Below the pieces are notes generated by a model, which saw only the letters and a program-made list of their open reading frames with translations, made no database searches and was not told the DNA's origin. Both the position numbers and the translations under genes were made by a program. A stretch of DNA of 64,000 bases from Eledone cirrhosa (lineage: Eukaryota), in the NCBI GenBank assembly GCA_964016885.1, contig OZ024765.1, forward strand, positions 23,436,001 through 23,500,000. Reading direction: 5' to 3'. This document shows, in pieces, positions 1-13,254 of this stretch; positions within the stretch are counted from its first letter, which is position 1; each line of letters starts with the position of its first letter.

Positions 1-1
1 T

Positions 2-2069
2 AATGCTTCCAAGTGTGTTTTCGGCTCGACTTCACTAACATTTTTAGGCCATCTGATTGACGCCGATGGTATTCGACCTCTTCCTGAGAAGGTTAAGGCA
101 GTATCGGATTTGCCTCCACCAAGTTCACTGCGTCAATTGCGTCAATTCCTGGGCCTTGTAAATTTTTATAGGCGATTCGTACCTGGTTGTTCCAAATTGC
201 TGTTCTCGTTGACAGAGATTTTAAAAATCAGAGATTTTAAAAAAGGGTTGCCGGCGTAAGAATATGGACATTTCCTTAAATGAAACGCAGCTTGATGATT
301 TTAAAAAAGTGAAAAAGGCGTTAGCGAACGCGTCTTTGCTCGCCCACCCAGTACCCAACGCCGAGCTATCGCTCTGTGTTGATGCTTCGGACAGCGCCGT
401 GGGCGCAGTCTTACAGCAGAAGGGTGATGGGGTACAGCAACCACTCGAGTTCTTTTCGAGGAAGTTAAAGCCTGCAGAAACTCGCTATAGCACCTTTGGA
501 AGGGAGCTATTAGCAATTTATTTATCAGTGAAACATTTTGCTCATGTACTTGAAGGTAGAACATTCACCATTTTCACTGATCATAAACCCTTGACGTTTG
601 CTCTTCGAACTAAGGCAGACAAATACTCGCCCAGAGAAACGAGACATCTGGACTTCATCTCACAGTTCACGAACGACATTCAACATATTCCGGGTTCTTT
701 GAATACAGCGGCCGATGCACTGTCTCGCCTGCCGATCGCATCGATTTCGTCTTCCGAGGAGATAGATTTACATCGAATGGCAGCTGCCCAACCCACTCTC
801 GAATCGTTGGATGTTACATCGCCAGAGTTTGTACATTGCAAACTGAAATACATTCCGATCTCAACTGCTGACGGACAGATACTGTGTGATGTTTCGTTGG
901 ACTCACCACGACCTCTAGTCCCAGTGGAACATCGACGAACTGCGTTTCTCGCTTTACATGGCATTTCTCACCCAGGAGTATCAGCCTCAGTAAAACTCAT
1001 AACAGCCAGATTTTTCTGGCCTGGTATGAGACGTGACATTGCTGCTTGGTGTCGTTCCTGTGTCGCTTGCCAACAAGCGAAAGTTCATAGACATGTTAAG
1101 GCTCCTCTCGGAACCTTCACCTGCCCCGATGCAAGATTTCATCACATTCACGTGGACATCGTCGGCCCGTGGCCGGTTAGTCGTGGTTTTTCGTATCTTT
1201 TGACGATTGTTGACCGTTTTTCGCGTTGGCCTGAAGCCGTCCCTATAACAGATATCACCGCCGAAACCACAGCCCGTACCCTCGTATCTTCGTGGATCGC
1301 TCGTTTCGGTGTACCAACCACCATAACAACAGATCGTGGTCGTCAATTCGAGTCTAACCTCTTCCGAGAGCTAACCCAAATCCTGGGGGCTACTCGAATA
1401 AGAACCACGGCTTACCACCCAGCCTCAAACGGAATGGTGGAAAGATTCCACAGGCAGCTCAAAGCCTCCTTAAGGGCTTCCATGGACTGTTCACGTTGGA
1501 GCGAGTACCTACCCATTGTATTGTTGGGTATTCGGTCGACGGTAAAGGTGGACCTTGGGTTCTCCTCTGCCGAATTAGTTTATGGTACGCCTCTGGCATT
1601 ACCGGGGCAAATGCTGGCCCCTTTTGACCTGACTTCGCAGGACCCCGCTTCCTACGTGTCCCGGCTTCACTCTTATTTCAAGGATCTACCACCGATGGGC
1701 ACTAGGAAGCAGACTGTAAAAACTGCCGTCCCAAGGGATATTGCCTTGTGGACCCATGTGTTCGTTAGAGACGACGCCGTGAGACCCCCTCTTCAACGGC
1801 CGTACTCTGGACCCTATCGTGTGCTTGCTCGCACAGACAAACATTTCACACTGGACATTCGGGGTTCCAGGGAAACGGTTTCCGTTGATCGTCTCAAACG
1901 AGCAAACCTGGACAATGACACAATGACACTTGAAACTCAAATGCCCCCCTCTTTTTCTTTGCCACACAGGCCTATTTCTTCCCCTCCCCCACCATCAACA
2001 CACAGAACTACGACCCGTTCTGGGCGAAGGGTGCATTGGCCCCGTAAGCTATGCAGTAATATAAACTGA
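2..2069 (+). pseudogene. pol: Gypsy pol (RT-RNaseH-IN), frameshifted at about 213-244
   Basis: A 16-bp tandem duplication (cagagattttaaaaat 213-228 / cagagattttaaaaaa 229-244) moves the RT frame away from the RNaseH-IN frame. Confidence 0.88.
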
Positions 2070-2554
2070 ATTGTATTTTTTTTTTTTTTTTTTTTTTCGT
2101 TTTGTTTTGTTTTGTTATTTTTTTCCTTCCAATTGTTTTTGTTGTACACTGCATTTTGTTACCTTTGGATTCTTGACTGCCTACGGCAGTGTCAATATAT
2201 TATATTTTGCGTAACATTACGACTGTTGTCAATTCTGACACAGTCCCTTTTTTTTTAGTGCATTTTTATAACTATGCTACATATGGCATTTTCATTGCCT
2301 AGCAAAACATTTTTTTTCTTGTTTATCGCATCCGGGGCCCCTTTATTGCGAAGAGTGTTATCTTTTCATGCATTTTGCATCTTTTACTGTACGTTTTTTT
2401 TTTTTTTTTTTCTGCGTTAATGCTTGCAGACATGAACCTATTTATTATTATTTTTTTTTAATTTTGAATTTGTTGATACATCCTTCTACATTTTGTAAAC
2501 TACCTTCGCTTCATTGTTAACGATTTTGCGACAAAAAATCTGCTCCGAGGTGAA

Positions 2555-2808
2555 TGTAGTGGCTGAGATGGTCGCTTGGTAGCTAGCAGTTGCCTCCCCT
2601 TAACAACCCTTCAGGGAAGGGAGGCAAAAATACACCCGGACACAGCCACAGGTTCACTCACTCTTTCTGGACCACGGACATGAACAGACGTGGAAAGATC
2701 CGCTCCTCAAAATATTGACGTTGTAGGAAATTTACTAAATTATTGCATTAAATAAAATGATTGTTAGACTTGGTTGTGCATTTATTTATTCGACAAAGAG
2801 AAACATCA
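2555..2808 (+). repeat. Putative 3' LTR of the Gypsy element
   Basis: Begins TGTAG after a weak purine tract, contains AATAAA at 2751-2756 and ends CA. The 5' LTR is outside the window, so boundaries are unverified. Confidence 0.4.
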
Positions 2809-2907
2809 CTTTTCTTTACACTCATAACATTTATTTCGATGTTTGACATTAAAATGTTGACTGAGGGTGACAACTGTTTCTTGTTTGAGGTTGTTCCAGT
2901 GGTTGAA

Positions 2908-3740
2908 ATATAGACGGAGGTATTTTAAATAATAAAGACAGTCATGATAACAATATATTTTATATCACATGTAACAGTGGAATCTGGTTAATTACTGGAT
3001 CGTTGTAGGGGTCACGTAATTATATTATTTACATACATTAATATAGACATTAAGTAAATCTTTGTCAACTTACCTCCTTCAGATATAATCAATGTGTTGT
3101 GTTGTTAGTTGTTACTAAACAACCAAAGAAATAATCTCTTTGTTATCAAATTAGATGTTTCAAAGATGTTATCAGCTTTATTTCACGACATTAACGTTGG
3201 TGTATCTTCTTCATCTTTAGTCATAAATTGATATCTTGTCAGAATGAAGTAGTGAGGCTGACTTTATGTCTTTAGCTACAGATTTGATATGAAATATATA
3301 TATATTAGGTTGATATGTGGTCTAAAATATATATATTGTCTATAAATGGCTGATAGCAGATGTTCTGGTGAAATAGTAGTTTTACTACTACAGATTGTAA
3401 TGGAACTCTTAGTAGACACAATTGTAAAGTAAGAATAGATATGACAGTGTAAGACTGATGTCGGGGAATTAAAATTGTATATATATATATAATTGTTACA
3501 CAAGATATAATTAGATTAGATTAATTAAAGTTATAATGAAGACAACAGGTACCCGGTGTCGTTGGGAATGTTTCAACTCTCGTACCGGTGTCGTACGTTA
3601 AAAGTCCATGATATAATTTAATACCTTCAGACACAGTTACAATAGTATTTAATTTATTGTAAATCAGAAAATATCAATTATATATCAATAAGAAAACCTC
3701 TATGTAGTCTCCCTAACTGCTAGAAATAGCAGTGATATTA
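2908..3740. repeat. Conserved ZNF-unit upstream block, copy 1
   Basis: Near-identical to about 22680-23480 and 62820-63650 (starts aaatagacggaggtattttaaataataaagacagtcatgataac). Confidence 0.9.
3074..3275 (-). other. Putative non-coding 5' UTR exon of a third ZNF gene whose coding exon lies left of the window
   Basis: Minus strand acceptor tcaaatctgtag|CTAAAG and donor GAAGGAG|gtaagt, conserved in all three copies. Confidence 0.55.
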
Positions 3741-3847
3741 TCCAATACAACTGCTATCTCTCTCTCTATATATATATTTATATATATACACACACATATG
3801 GACGTATGTATGCAAATGTGTATACAACTCTTATGTGTATGTGTATG

Positions 3848-4480
3848 TATAAACAACTATTTTATGGAGAGTTAGTTAAAGGAAAACAACCTCCACATAA
3901 ACCCAAAAAGAGGTATAAGGATTCGTTGAAAGCCCCTTTGAAAGACGCTAACATCTCTGCTGATACTTGGGAAAATGTTGCTGGTGATCGTAATAAATGG
4001 GGAAAGACTATATGAGGGGAAAGTTGCCTTTGAGGCATCTCGACTCGCATACAAGAAAGTAAAGAGGGATGTGAGGAAGGGCATTGCTGTTGCACTTCCA
4101 GACGGAGAGGGTCCCCCTATGGTGCTGACATGCAACGTCTGTGCGAGACTCTGCCTAAGCAAAGCTGGACTCGAAAGTCATCTTCGCAGTCATAAAGTGA
4201 GACCAGTGGTTGACTACCAGGCTACTGTTGGAGATGCTACTCATCATGCCTGCCAAACATGTTTTAGAGAATGTAAATCAACAGGAGGGCTCAAGCGACA
4301 TGCAAAAGTACACGAACTCCAACCACAGCCGACTATTCCCAGTGAATGTTTTGGTTGCCGACTCTGTGCAAGACATTTTCATTGGCTGGGCTAAAAAGCC
4401 ACATTCGATCGCAGCGCTGTTAATTGCTATCGCGTGTGTGTGTGTAGATATGTTTGTGTGTATATATATATATACGTGTG
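3848..4480 (+). mobile_element. 5'-truncated RTE LINE (C-terminal C2H2 family)
   Basis: KQLFYGELVKGK..KKRYKDSLK, then CNVCARLCLSKAGLESHLRSH and CQTCFRECKSTGGLKRHAKVH. Highly similar to 38859-39430 (-). The family 3' terminus motif occurs at about 5893-5937. Confidence 0.9.
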
Positions 4481-4894
4481 TTTAATGGTAGCTATGGTGC
4501 TTCCATAGGCGGTATGCCAAAATTAGCACTCAATGTTCTTACAGAGCTAGTGTGAATAGTATAAAAAAACGAAAAATCAGTGATGTATCTAGACTCTGTT
4601 TATAGCGTGTTTCAATTGATTCACCGACAGGTAGCTCGAGACATGATCATTGTATGGATCTGGCTGATTCTACGGCTGCAGGTTCTTCGGACACATGGAC
4701 ATCTTTCGGAGAATATTTTCTCACTGGGGTGTAATCATCAAAAAACATCTTCCACTCTTGTGTTGCCATTGTCTGTTGTTTTTCTACGTCATCATAAATT
4801 CTGGTCAATATTTACTGCTACACAGGTCAGCAGCCATTCTCCGTCTGACACACTTCACTGGAGCCATGCTGTGTTTGGTATCTCACACGTCTGT

Positions 4895-5665
4895 TCACAC
4901 TCGCGAGCATGTACACACACATATACACACACACGCAGGCACATACACCTGCATGCATACACACATGTACGCACAGATGTGAAGGCACACACATCCCCGT
5001 ACACATATATACGCACACACACACTCTCCCTCTCTTACACATACCCAAGCACACCCACACCCAAAACTATACCACCACAGGTCTACTGGCCCCTGCCTCC
5101 ATGGCCCTCACATACACGCACAAGCGCAGACACACACGTACACGCATACAAGGACACATATCAGCGTTCGGGCACATCTGCACATATATACACAAGCACT
5201 CACAGACACATACATGGACACACATACGCACATACATGCATATTCTTATGGCTAGGCAACAAAGACAGACACACTTCTAAAGATATAAGTACAGATACAC
5301 ACACAGAGATACAGACCTGTACACATATCTACACACAGGTACATGTACCCGCATATAAACATATAAACAAACCCCAGCCTATGCGGGTGTACGTACGCAC
5401 ACACACACACACACTGACATATAGATACATCATGTATATATGTGTGTGTGTACACACACACACACACACACACACACATAAACATATACATATGTGTATA
5501 CATACACACATACACATAAATACTTATAGACACATATGTCTATATGTGTACACATACGCACACACCCACAACCACACGCTCATACGCACACACATATACC
5601 TACGCATATCCCTATATGCATATATATATACACACACAAACGTATATACACACATACATATATAT
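4895..5665. repeat. Degenerate (CA)n/(TACA)n low-complexity tract
   Basis: Direct inspection; it produces spurious His/Thr/Tyr-rich ORFs. Confidence 0.9.
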
Positions 5666-5691
5666 ATTATTATTGTTGTTGTTGTCATTAT

Positions 5692-5880
5692 GGTGGATTG
5701 GCAGTATCGGTAGAGGGTCGGACGCCATGCTTTGACGCATAGAGTTACGGCCCTTGCTATTCTGAGTTCAAATCCCGCCGAGGTTAACTTTGCCTTTCAT
5801 CCTTACGGGGTTGATAAAATAAAGTACCAGTAATGCACTGGAAAAATTGCTGGCCTTGTGCCAAAAGTAGAAACAATTAT
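5692..5880 (+). mobile_element. tRNA-derived SINE family A (resembles octopus OK/OR-type SINEs)
   Basis: A-box-like tggcagtatcggt, B-box gagttcaaatccc, body gaggttaactttgcctttcatcc and an (ATT)n tail; at least 7 copies in the window. Confidence 0.85.
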
Positions 5881-6859
5881 TATTGTTGTGTTTTTCTCGT
5901 GCAATGGCCATACTCGATAACGAGGGGGCAGCCATCATATATGGGTATGTATGAGTGTGTATGTGTGTTTACACGTATGTATGGTGTGTATATATGTACA
6001 TAGGGTTTTGGTATATGTACGTTTGGTGAACATATGTGTATTTACCTGTAGGTATGTGTGAGTGTGCGTTCTATACGCATTTATGCGTGTATATTTATAT
6101 ATGTATATATAATTATATGTATATACACACATATTTATATGTGTATTTGGTGTATATGTCCATACGTGTGCGGGTATATGTGTCGCCCCGGTTTACGTCT
6201 GTGTGTGCGTCTTCATGTGTACGTGCATGTATATGCATACATGGTGTGTGTTTTCGCATATGCTCGTGTATAAATGTGCGTATGTATATATTTAATTATT
6301 ATTACTTTTATGATTTTAAGAACCTCTGTCATTTTCGTTCAACTAATTTATTTACATTATTCTGAACTCCGAAGCCGAGAATCATTCAGTTTCCTAAATA
6401 GTATATTAGTCTACGACTCCATTTATACCATAAACGTGGTTTTGTCTTTACGTATAATTGTTGTCACCGCTCCACATAACGACGTATTATCTTCGCTTTG
6501 TTCCATTCATTGCCAGGGAACGTCTTCACGAACCAAAGTATCGTCTTCCTGTTTTCCCTCAGTAGCAACGTTTTTCGAAGTATTAACTTCTGCGTTCACA
6601 GATTGATTTTTTTTTAGTTTCAGAAGATCCCGTTAAGGGGGAAAGCAGCGATTCATTGTGTATGTAGGGTGGGGATTGGAGAGATAGGTCAGCGGGGTTA
6701 CTTCGCTGGTAAGGGGTGGAGTGTTAAGATGTGGAGAGGAGGAAAATTGGAGCATACTTCAAACCACTAAATGTTGTTTCATCCCGTGCACATTAGAATG
6801 CAGGTCTCCTGCAGTACTGTATAACGCCAGAGATTTCAATCCTGTGTCATCACCTTTGA

Positions 6860-7500
6860 GAGGTACAATGGTGTCAGGTCAGTTTTTACCTCCTCATCCC
6901 AAGCTTTCCTAGGTTTTCCTCATCCATCAATTTAAAGCGGTCAACCTTTTATACAGCATCTCTACCTTCATACACATCACATGTCCATACCACAGCAATC
7001 TCCTCTCCTGCATACTCTATCTTATCCCTCTCATGCCCAGGTTCTCTATCTGTTTATTTACACTTGTTCTTCATGTATATTAATATTACACATCCATCGG
7101 AGAATTCAAGCTTCATTTCTATCCAATCTTCGGAGGTCCACTGCACACACCGCCCACATCTCACTGCAATGCAGCATTGCTGTTCATATGCAGACCTCAA
7201 TTTGGTAAAACAACCCTTTGTAGCTAGCAGCAGTAGTAGCACCCTAAACCTTTGCCATCTTGTTCTTACTCTGGTTACTGTACTTTCAGAACACCTACCT
7301 CCACTGCTAATTTGGTCCCCCAGGTAACAGAAACTGTCAACTGCTTCTACAGAACCCTTTAAATATTTGATAGAGCTTATCTCCTAAAGTGATTGCGTCT
7401 CACTGCTCCAGTGCAGTGACCCCTTGTTAAAATCTACGTTCTTAACTACCTTACCTTGTATCCCACTAAATCTCTGGTGTACCCATAGTCTCTTTAGTGT
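6860..7500 (-). mobile_element. Degenerate RTE LINE 3' fragment
   Basis: Minus strand homologous to the RTE C-terminus (RRLxWYGHVM region); matches 13737-14350. Confidence 0.7.
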
Positions 7501-7504
7501 AAAT

Positions 7505-7682
7505 AATTGTTTCTACTTTTGGCACAATGCCAGCAATTATCTCAGTGTACCACTGGTACTTGATTTTATCGACCCCGTAAGGCAAAGTTAACCTCGGCGG
7601 GATTTGAACTCAGACCATAAAGGGCCGTAACTCTTTGCTGCAAAGCATGGCGTCCGACCCTCTACCGATACTCCCAATCCGC
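7505..7682 (-). mobile_element. SINE family A
   Basis: Reverse complement of 5692-5880. Confidence 0.85.
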
Positions 7683-8039
7683 TGCCTTTAGTGTATATAA
7701 TGTTTCATATACATAACATCTATATGTAACCATTGGTTTCCAAGTCCACTTATGGCCACCACTGTTTATTGGGGGGAGGCCCTTACAAACAGATCCTTTA
7801 TTAGGCATGCTGACAAATATATTAAAAGTTCTTTCCTCCAACAATCTTCACCCCAAACATAGGAGAGTTTCATTTTTTCAAAAAGGGAGGTAAATCCTTT
7901 GTAGTGAAATTGTCAGGCTTAATTATATATGTAAGACACACATATAAGTGGTTGATAGCTTTTACAATCTGGTGACTTAATTAGCAGTGGAGGGGGCTGC
8001 TCTTAAAGATGAATAGCTAGAATAAGGATCAGATGGAAA

Positions 8040-8570
8040 AAGTTTAGAGAGCTACTGCAACAGTTGACCACAAAAGGTTTCTCTCTCTGTACAAAAGGAC
8101 AACTTTATGACACATGTGGGTGATGTGCAATGATGCATGGTAACGAAACAAGGGCTGTGACTGCAGGGGATATGTAAACTGGAGAGAAATCCAACAACCA
8201 TGCTTTGTAGGAAATGTGTAAGTGTGAGAGAAAGGCAGAGCTTGGACAAGTTCAAGAAGAAGCTGGGTTTAAGAGTGATCTGAAGTGGTGTGTAAGAGAA
8301 AAGACTGTTTGTACAGACATGTGATGAACATGGATAATGACCACTGGGTGATGAAGTGCCAGGAAATCCCAAGTAGAAGGAAGCCATAGTAGAGGTAGAC
8401 CAAGAAAGACCTGGACAGAGGCTGTGTGAACTGACTTCAAATAACTGACTCACAGAGAAGATGACAAAGGAACATGACAAGTTGAAAGATGCCATGTTGA
8501 GAAGGACCTGTCCAACCAAGCAAGCATGGAAAAACCGACATAAAAACGGTGATGATGTTGATGAAGATGA
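8040..8570 (+). mobile_element. Degenerate RTE LINE 3' end with (GAT)n tail
   Basis: agaggtagaccaagaaagacctgg (RGRPRKTW) ... caagcatggaaaaa..gatgatg. Confidence 0.75.
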
Positions 8571-8883
8571 CGTACATATACACACATACATAATAAATAA
8601 ATCAAATACAGATATGCACATACTTATATACAAACACAGATACAAACATATACATGGACACAAATTTCTACACACATACATTCACATGTATATAATGTAT
8701 GTCAATTCTGAACAATACAGTTTTGTCAGCACAAGTCTTGGTTACAACTTCTACAAATAAAATAAAAGGAGAAGAATTTCTGAGTAAAACAGTTTTATTC
8801 AAAATATTAACATTGGTGGCACTATTTTAGGTGAGTGACATTGTTTTTATCTTGTCTGATTGTGTTGCATTAAGTAATCTTTA

Positions 8884-9074
8884 TGCTAGAAAGCATGGCG
8901 TCCAACCCTCGGTAGAACGTTGGACGCCATGCTTTCTAGCATAGTTACGTCCCTTTACAATCTGAGTTCAAATCCTGCCGAGATTAACTTTGCCTTTCAT
9001 CCTTACGGGGTCGATAAAATAAAGTACCTGTAATGTACTGGGTAATTGCTGGCCTTGTGCCTAAAGTAGAAACA
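8884..9074 (+). mobile_element. SINE family A with 5' fold-back and 15-bp TSD
   Basis: TSD attaagtaatcttta at 8869-8883 and 9075-9089; inverted copy of the SINE head at 8883-8906. Confidence 0.85.
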
Positions 9075-9099
9075 ATTAAGTAATCTTTACAAGGGAATT

Positions 9100-9700
9100 A
9101 TTTACCACAGACATCAGTGATATGGTTCCTCTCCTGTATATGTTAGTGTCTTGTGAAGCCACAACATTTAGAGAAGGATTTATCACAGACACCACAGTGA
9201 TATAGTTCCTCTCCTGTATATCTTAGTGTCTAGTGAAGCCACAACATTTAGAGAAGGATCTATCACAGACATCACAGTGATATGGTTCCTCTCCTGTATA
9301 TGTTAGTGTCTAGTGAAACCAAAATTAGAAAATGATTTACATGGGCGGAGGTGGTGAGAGAAGTCCTCTGAAGCTCACGGCGGAGATGACGAAGGACCGT
9401 GAGAAGTGGAGAGATGCTGTGCTGAATAGGACCCATTCCACCCTTGCAAGCAGGGAAAAGCGGACGTAAAATGATGATGATGATGATGATATGGTTTCCC
9501 GCATCTATGCATATATTTAGTTAAAATGCTCCATTAAAAGAAATATTTTCCAAACATATCAAAGTGATATGGCTTCCCACCTGTATATGTTTGTGTGAAG
9601 TTAATGTAGCATTGAAAGAGAATGATTTACCATAGATATTACACTGATATATATTTATATTCTCATTAATTCACAATTGTGTGAGGATTTATCACTGATG
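9100..9700 (-). pseudogene. Degenerate C2H2 finger repeats downstream of the ZNF-1 stop (3' UTR), interrupted by an RTE 3' end (about 9340-9490)
   Basis: Roughly 84-bp repeats cacagtgatatggttcctctcctgtat..gatttatcacaga homologous to the TGEKPYHC linker. Confidence 0.75.
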
Positions 9701-11131
9701 TCAATGCGTTATGATTTCTCCTCTGCAGTTGTGAGCAGTTAGGCTACTTTTCCCAGAGAATGATATACCACAGATATCACAGTGATATGGCTTGTCTCCT
9801 GTATGTGTACGTTTGTGGCTAGTTAAGTTACTATTTTGATAGAATGATTTACCACAGATGTCACAGTGGTATGGCTTGTCTCCTGTATGTATACGTTTGT
9901 GGGTAGTTAAGTGACTACTTACAGAGAATGATTTACCACAGATATCACAGTGGTATGGCTTGTCTCCTGTATGTATACGTTTGTGAGTAGTTAAGGTACC
10001 ACTTACAGAGAATGATTTACCACAGATACCACAGTGATATGGCTTGTCTCCTGTATGGGTATGTTTGTGTCTAGTTAAGGTACTACTATCAGAGAATGAT
10101 TTACCACAGATATCACAATGATATGGCTTATCTCCTGTATGTATACGTTTGTGGCTAGTTAAGGTACCACTTACAGAGAATGATTTACCACAGATATCAC
10201 AGTGGTATGGCTTATCTCCTGTATGTATATGTTTGTGTCTAGTTAAGGTACTACTATCAGAGAATGATTTACCACAGATATCACAGTGGTATGGCTTATC
10301 TCCTGTATGGGTACGTTTGTGGCTAGTTAAGGCATTACTTTGAGAGAATGTTTTACCACAGATATCACAGTGATATGGCTTCTCGCCTGTATGTATAGGT
10401 TTGTGAGAAGTTAATTGACCTTTCTGCAAGAATGATTTACCACAGATGTCACAGTGATATGGCTTATCTCCTGTATGTATATGTTTGTGAGAAGTTAAGC
10501 TTCCTTTCAGAGAGAACGATTTACCACAGATATCACAGTGATATGGTTTCTCACCTGTATGTGTTTGTTTGTGTTTAGTTAAATTATCTCTTTCATAGAA
10601 TGATTTACCACAGATATCACAGTGATATGGCTTGTCTCCTGTATGGGTACGATTGTGGCTAGTTAAGGCATTACTTTCAGAGTATGATTTACCACAGTCA
10701 TATGGCTTGTCTCCTGTATGTATACGTTTGTGGCTAGTTAAGGTCCTATTTATAGAGAATGATTTGCCACAAATATTACAGTGATATGGTTTCTCTCCTG
10801 TATGTATACAATTGTGCTTAGTTAAGGCACTACATTGTGAGAATGATATCCCACAGAACTCACAATGATATGGCTCATCTCCTGTATGTATACGTATGTG
10901 TCTAGTTAAGTTACTATTTTGAGAGAATGATTTACCACAGATATCACAATATGGCTTATCTCCTGTATGTATAACTTTGTGAGTAGTTAAGGTACTACGT
11001 TTATTGAATGATTTACCACAGACATTGCAGTGATATGGCTTCTCTTCTCCGACCTTTGTCATCTCACCAGGAATACTAAACATTTTCGATTGTGTTTCGC
11101 ATTTAACCTTTTCACTCAATTTATTTTCCAT
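9701..11131 (-). CDS. Tandem C2H2 zinc-finger protein (16 finger repeats, 14 canonical), no KRAB or other effector domain seen
   Basis: 476-aa ORF with [10 protein letters not shown]...H repeats and TG(D/E)KPYH linkers. Splice acceptor ttcttatttcag ends at 11480, so the coding exon starts at about 11479. Candidate minus-strand AATAAA at 8794-8799. Confidence 0.93.
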   Translation of the reverse strand: MENKLSEKVKCETQSKMFSIPGEMTKVGEEKPYHCNVCGKSFNKRSTLTTHKVIHTGDKPYCDICGKSFSQNSNLTRHIRIHTGDEPYHCEFCGISFSQCSALTKHNCIHTGEKPYHCNICGKSFSINRTLTSHKRIHTGDKPYDCGKSYSESNALTSHNRTHTGDKPYHCDICGKSFYERDNLTKHKQTHTGEKPYHCDICGKSFSLKGSLTSHKHIHTGDKPYHCDICGKSFLQKGQLTSHKPIHTGEKPYHCDICGKTFSQSNALTSHKRTHTGDKPYHCDICGKSFSDSSTLTRHKHIHTGDKPYHCDICGKSFSVSGTLTSHKRIHTGDKPYHCDICGKSFSDSSTLTRHKHTHTGDKPYHCGICGKSFSVSGTLTTHKRIHTGDKPYHCDICGKSFSVSSHLTTHKRIHTGDKPYHCDICGKSFYQNSNLTSHKRTHTGDKPYHCDICGISFSGKSSLTAHNCRGEIITH

Positions 11132-11869
11132 AATAAATTTTTCTTCAACAGAATATACAAATGTTTTTCTTGTAATATTTTTTATATTATATTCCTAAAA
11201 AATATATCTTCTATATTTCCCTCAACTGTGATTTCAGTTAATATCTGAAGATAATACAAACTTCTTTTTCATCCAAGTTTAGTTAAAATACAAAATCATC
11301 TCATCGTGAAGAATATAAACTCAGTTTTGAGGAAATATTTCACAGTAATTTCACGACAGATTTATATAAACAGTGTTATATGAGTTCTATTTAAAAAGTT
11401 TTAGTCTTCAAATGATGATAAATAGAGGTGATGTATCCGAGATTGAAAATAATAATTTATCCCAATGTCATCTAGTATTCTGAAATAAGAAAGAAACAGT
11501 ATGAGATAATAGAGAATACTTAAAAAGCAGAGATAGATTTAACAGTGGACATTTTATATTTCTATATTGATAAACTGTAGATATAAACTTTCCTGTCCAG
11601 AGTAATTCTCTCCAATGTAAGCACTGGTATTCAAGCATGCTCTGTAAATTATATCCTTCTATCTCTAGAGAGGTCTGCTCTATGGCAGTTTAGTGAAAAA
11701 TTCATTCTGATAGGACTTTCTAACATAGCTATTATCTCCTCTCCTGGTGACATGTCTTCCATCTTTTTATTAGTAGGAGTCAATTGTTCCTCTATATCTT
11801 TTTCTTACTTCTTTTCTATCCTTCACTGGGAGAAATCGGCCGTGTTTAGACCAGGAGTTACGAGTCTAT

Positions 11870-12345
11870 CATCATCATCATCACCGTTTTACGTCCGTTC
11901 TTCCACGCTAGCTTGGGTTAGACGGGTTGTCCTGTTGTGTGCAGTTTCTGGTCGGCTGACCATCCCTTGCTCATACAGGAACTGATCTGGCTTGATTTCT
12001 ACAGCTGGATGCCCTTCCTAACACCAACCTCATTTACAGTGAGTGCCGGGTGCTTTTTCGTGGCGCCTACACGTCCACTTTACAGTGTGGGCTGGGTGGT
12101 TTTTTTTTGCCGTGGCACCTCTACGACCACCTTGCGGTGGGGGTGTGGGGGCATATTGTTTATATGCTTCAGCATGTACCCATGGGAGGTCGGGTACTCT
12201 GTATTACTGCGTGACGCCGGAAGTCACGGTCGTGTGTCATTGTCTTTGAGAGGTGTAATTGGGTAAGGTCGGCTTTTATCACCTCATCCCAGGTCATCTT
12301 GGGTCTCCCCACTCCGCGGTTTCCATCAACTTCTAGTGCTCTGCC
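11870..12345 (-). mobile_element. RTE LINE 3' end (lineage with long 3' UTR and (GAT)n tail)
   Basis: RALEVDGNRGVGRPKMTWDEVIKADL, then a 3' UTR with ggaagggcatccagctgtag and (GAT)n; related to 17095-17432 and 47455-48910. Confidence 0.8.
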
Positions 12346-12839
12346 TATATGAATCCATACAATATCTGATTTCACTTGAAGTTTTATTCAGATCTCAATT
12401 GTGTTCAAACGAGAGAGGTGATGGGCTCCATCAGGTTAAAAAATATGCCCGAGAAATACTGTATGTCACTTAGATTACCCCTACGACTCCAGCAGTGTTT
12501 CATTTGTTTAGGACTATGTCTGGATTAGCCAGCCAAGTATCAGTAGAAGGGAAAACAGGGCCCTGATCCCCTCAGAAAAATGGCCTTGCTCAGTGTGCTA
12601 GAAAAGTGTAGGTAGAAATTCCATTCTCTGTCCAAAATACAAACAATGGGTACACAAGAGATGTAGTGGGATCTCAGGTAGGTTAGCTAAGAATATAGGT
12701 TTTACATGTGGCAATTGCACAGGAGCAGTAAGCAGCAAACATTCACAGGAAGCAACGATTGACTTTCGTCAAATTGGACCGAGGAAACAATGTTTCCATT
12801 GGTCTTTCCAATTGCTAATACTATCTATCAGTCACAACT

Positions 12840-12970
12840 CCAGGTAGAAGGAGCTATGTGAAATAAAATGTCTTGCTCAAGGACATAACGCTTCACCCAG
12901 TCGGTGAATCGAACTCACAACCCCACGATTGCGAATCCAATTCTCTAACCACTCAGCCACACGCCTTCAC
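12840..12970 (-). mobile_element. SINE family B 5' part (tRNA head)
   Basis: Minus strand tggctgagtggttaga..gagttcgattc..gtccttgagcaagacattttatttcac. Confidence 0.7.
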
Positions 12971-13254
12971 AGGAAACAAGCTCTAACAAACTGTTGGAGG
13001 GTCACATAGAAGAGGTAGACAGCTTTTTACCTGGGTGATGATAGCATCAGTGGAGGTGGGTGTTCTGAAAGTAGAGCAGCCTGAGTGAACATGGAATGGA
13101 ATAGGTCAGGATGCTACTACCATGGCAACTTACTAAAGGCTTTTTCCTCAAAACAAAGGGCAGGTTGAATAATGTGTGTATACGAACAGTTTAACACACA
13201 CACATATATATATATTTATATAATTGCGTGTTTGTGTATATATATATATATATT

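Larger units (their letters stand above)
1..2808 (+). mobile_element. Ty3/Gypsy LTR retrotransposon, 3' part (RT end, RNase H, integrase, 3' UTR, probable 3' LTR)
   Basis: Frame from nt 2 reads KCVFG..FLGH..GIRP..LRQFLGLVNFYRRF (RT thumb). ORF 264-2069 has RNase H (DAS..VGAVLQQ; YSTFGRELLAI; TDHKPL), an HHCC zinc motif and a DDE core (HVDIVGP..TDRGRQF..NGMVERFH). Confidence 0.95.

Noticed and set aside
4580-5713. 377-aa His/Thr-rich ORF
   Set aside because: Mostly CA-microsatellite translation that runs into a SINE.
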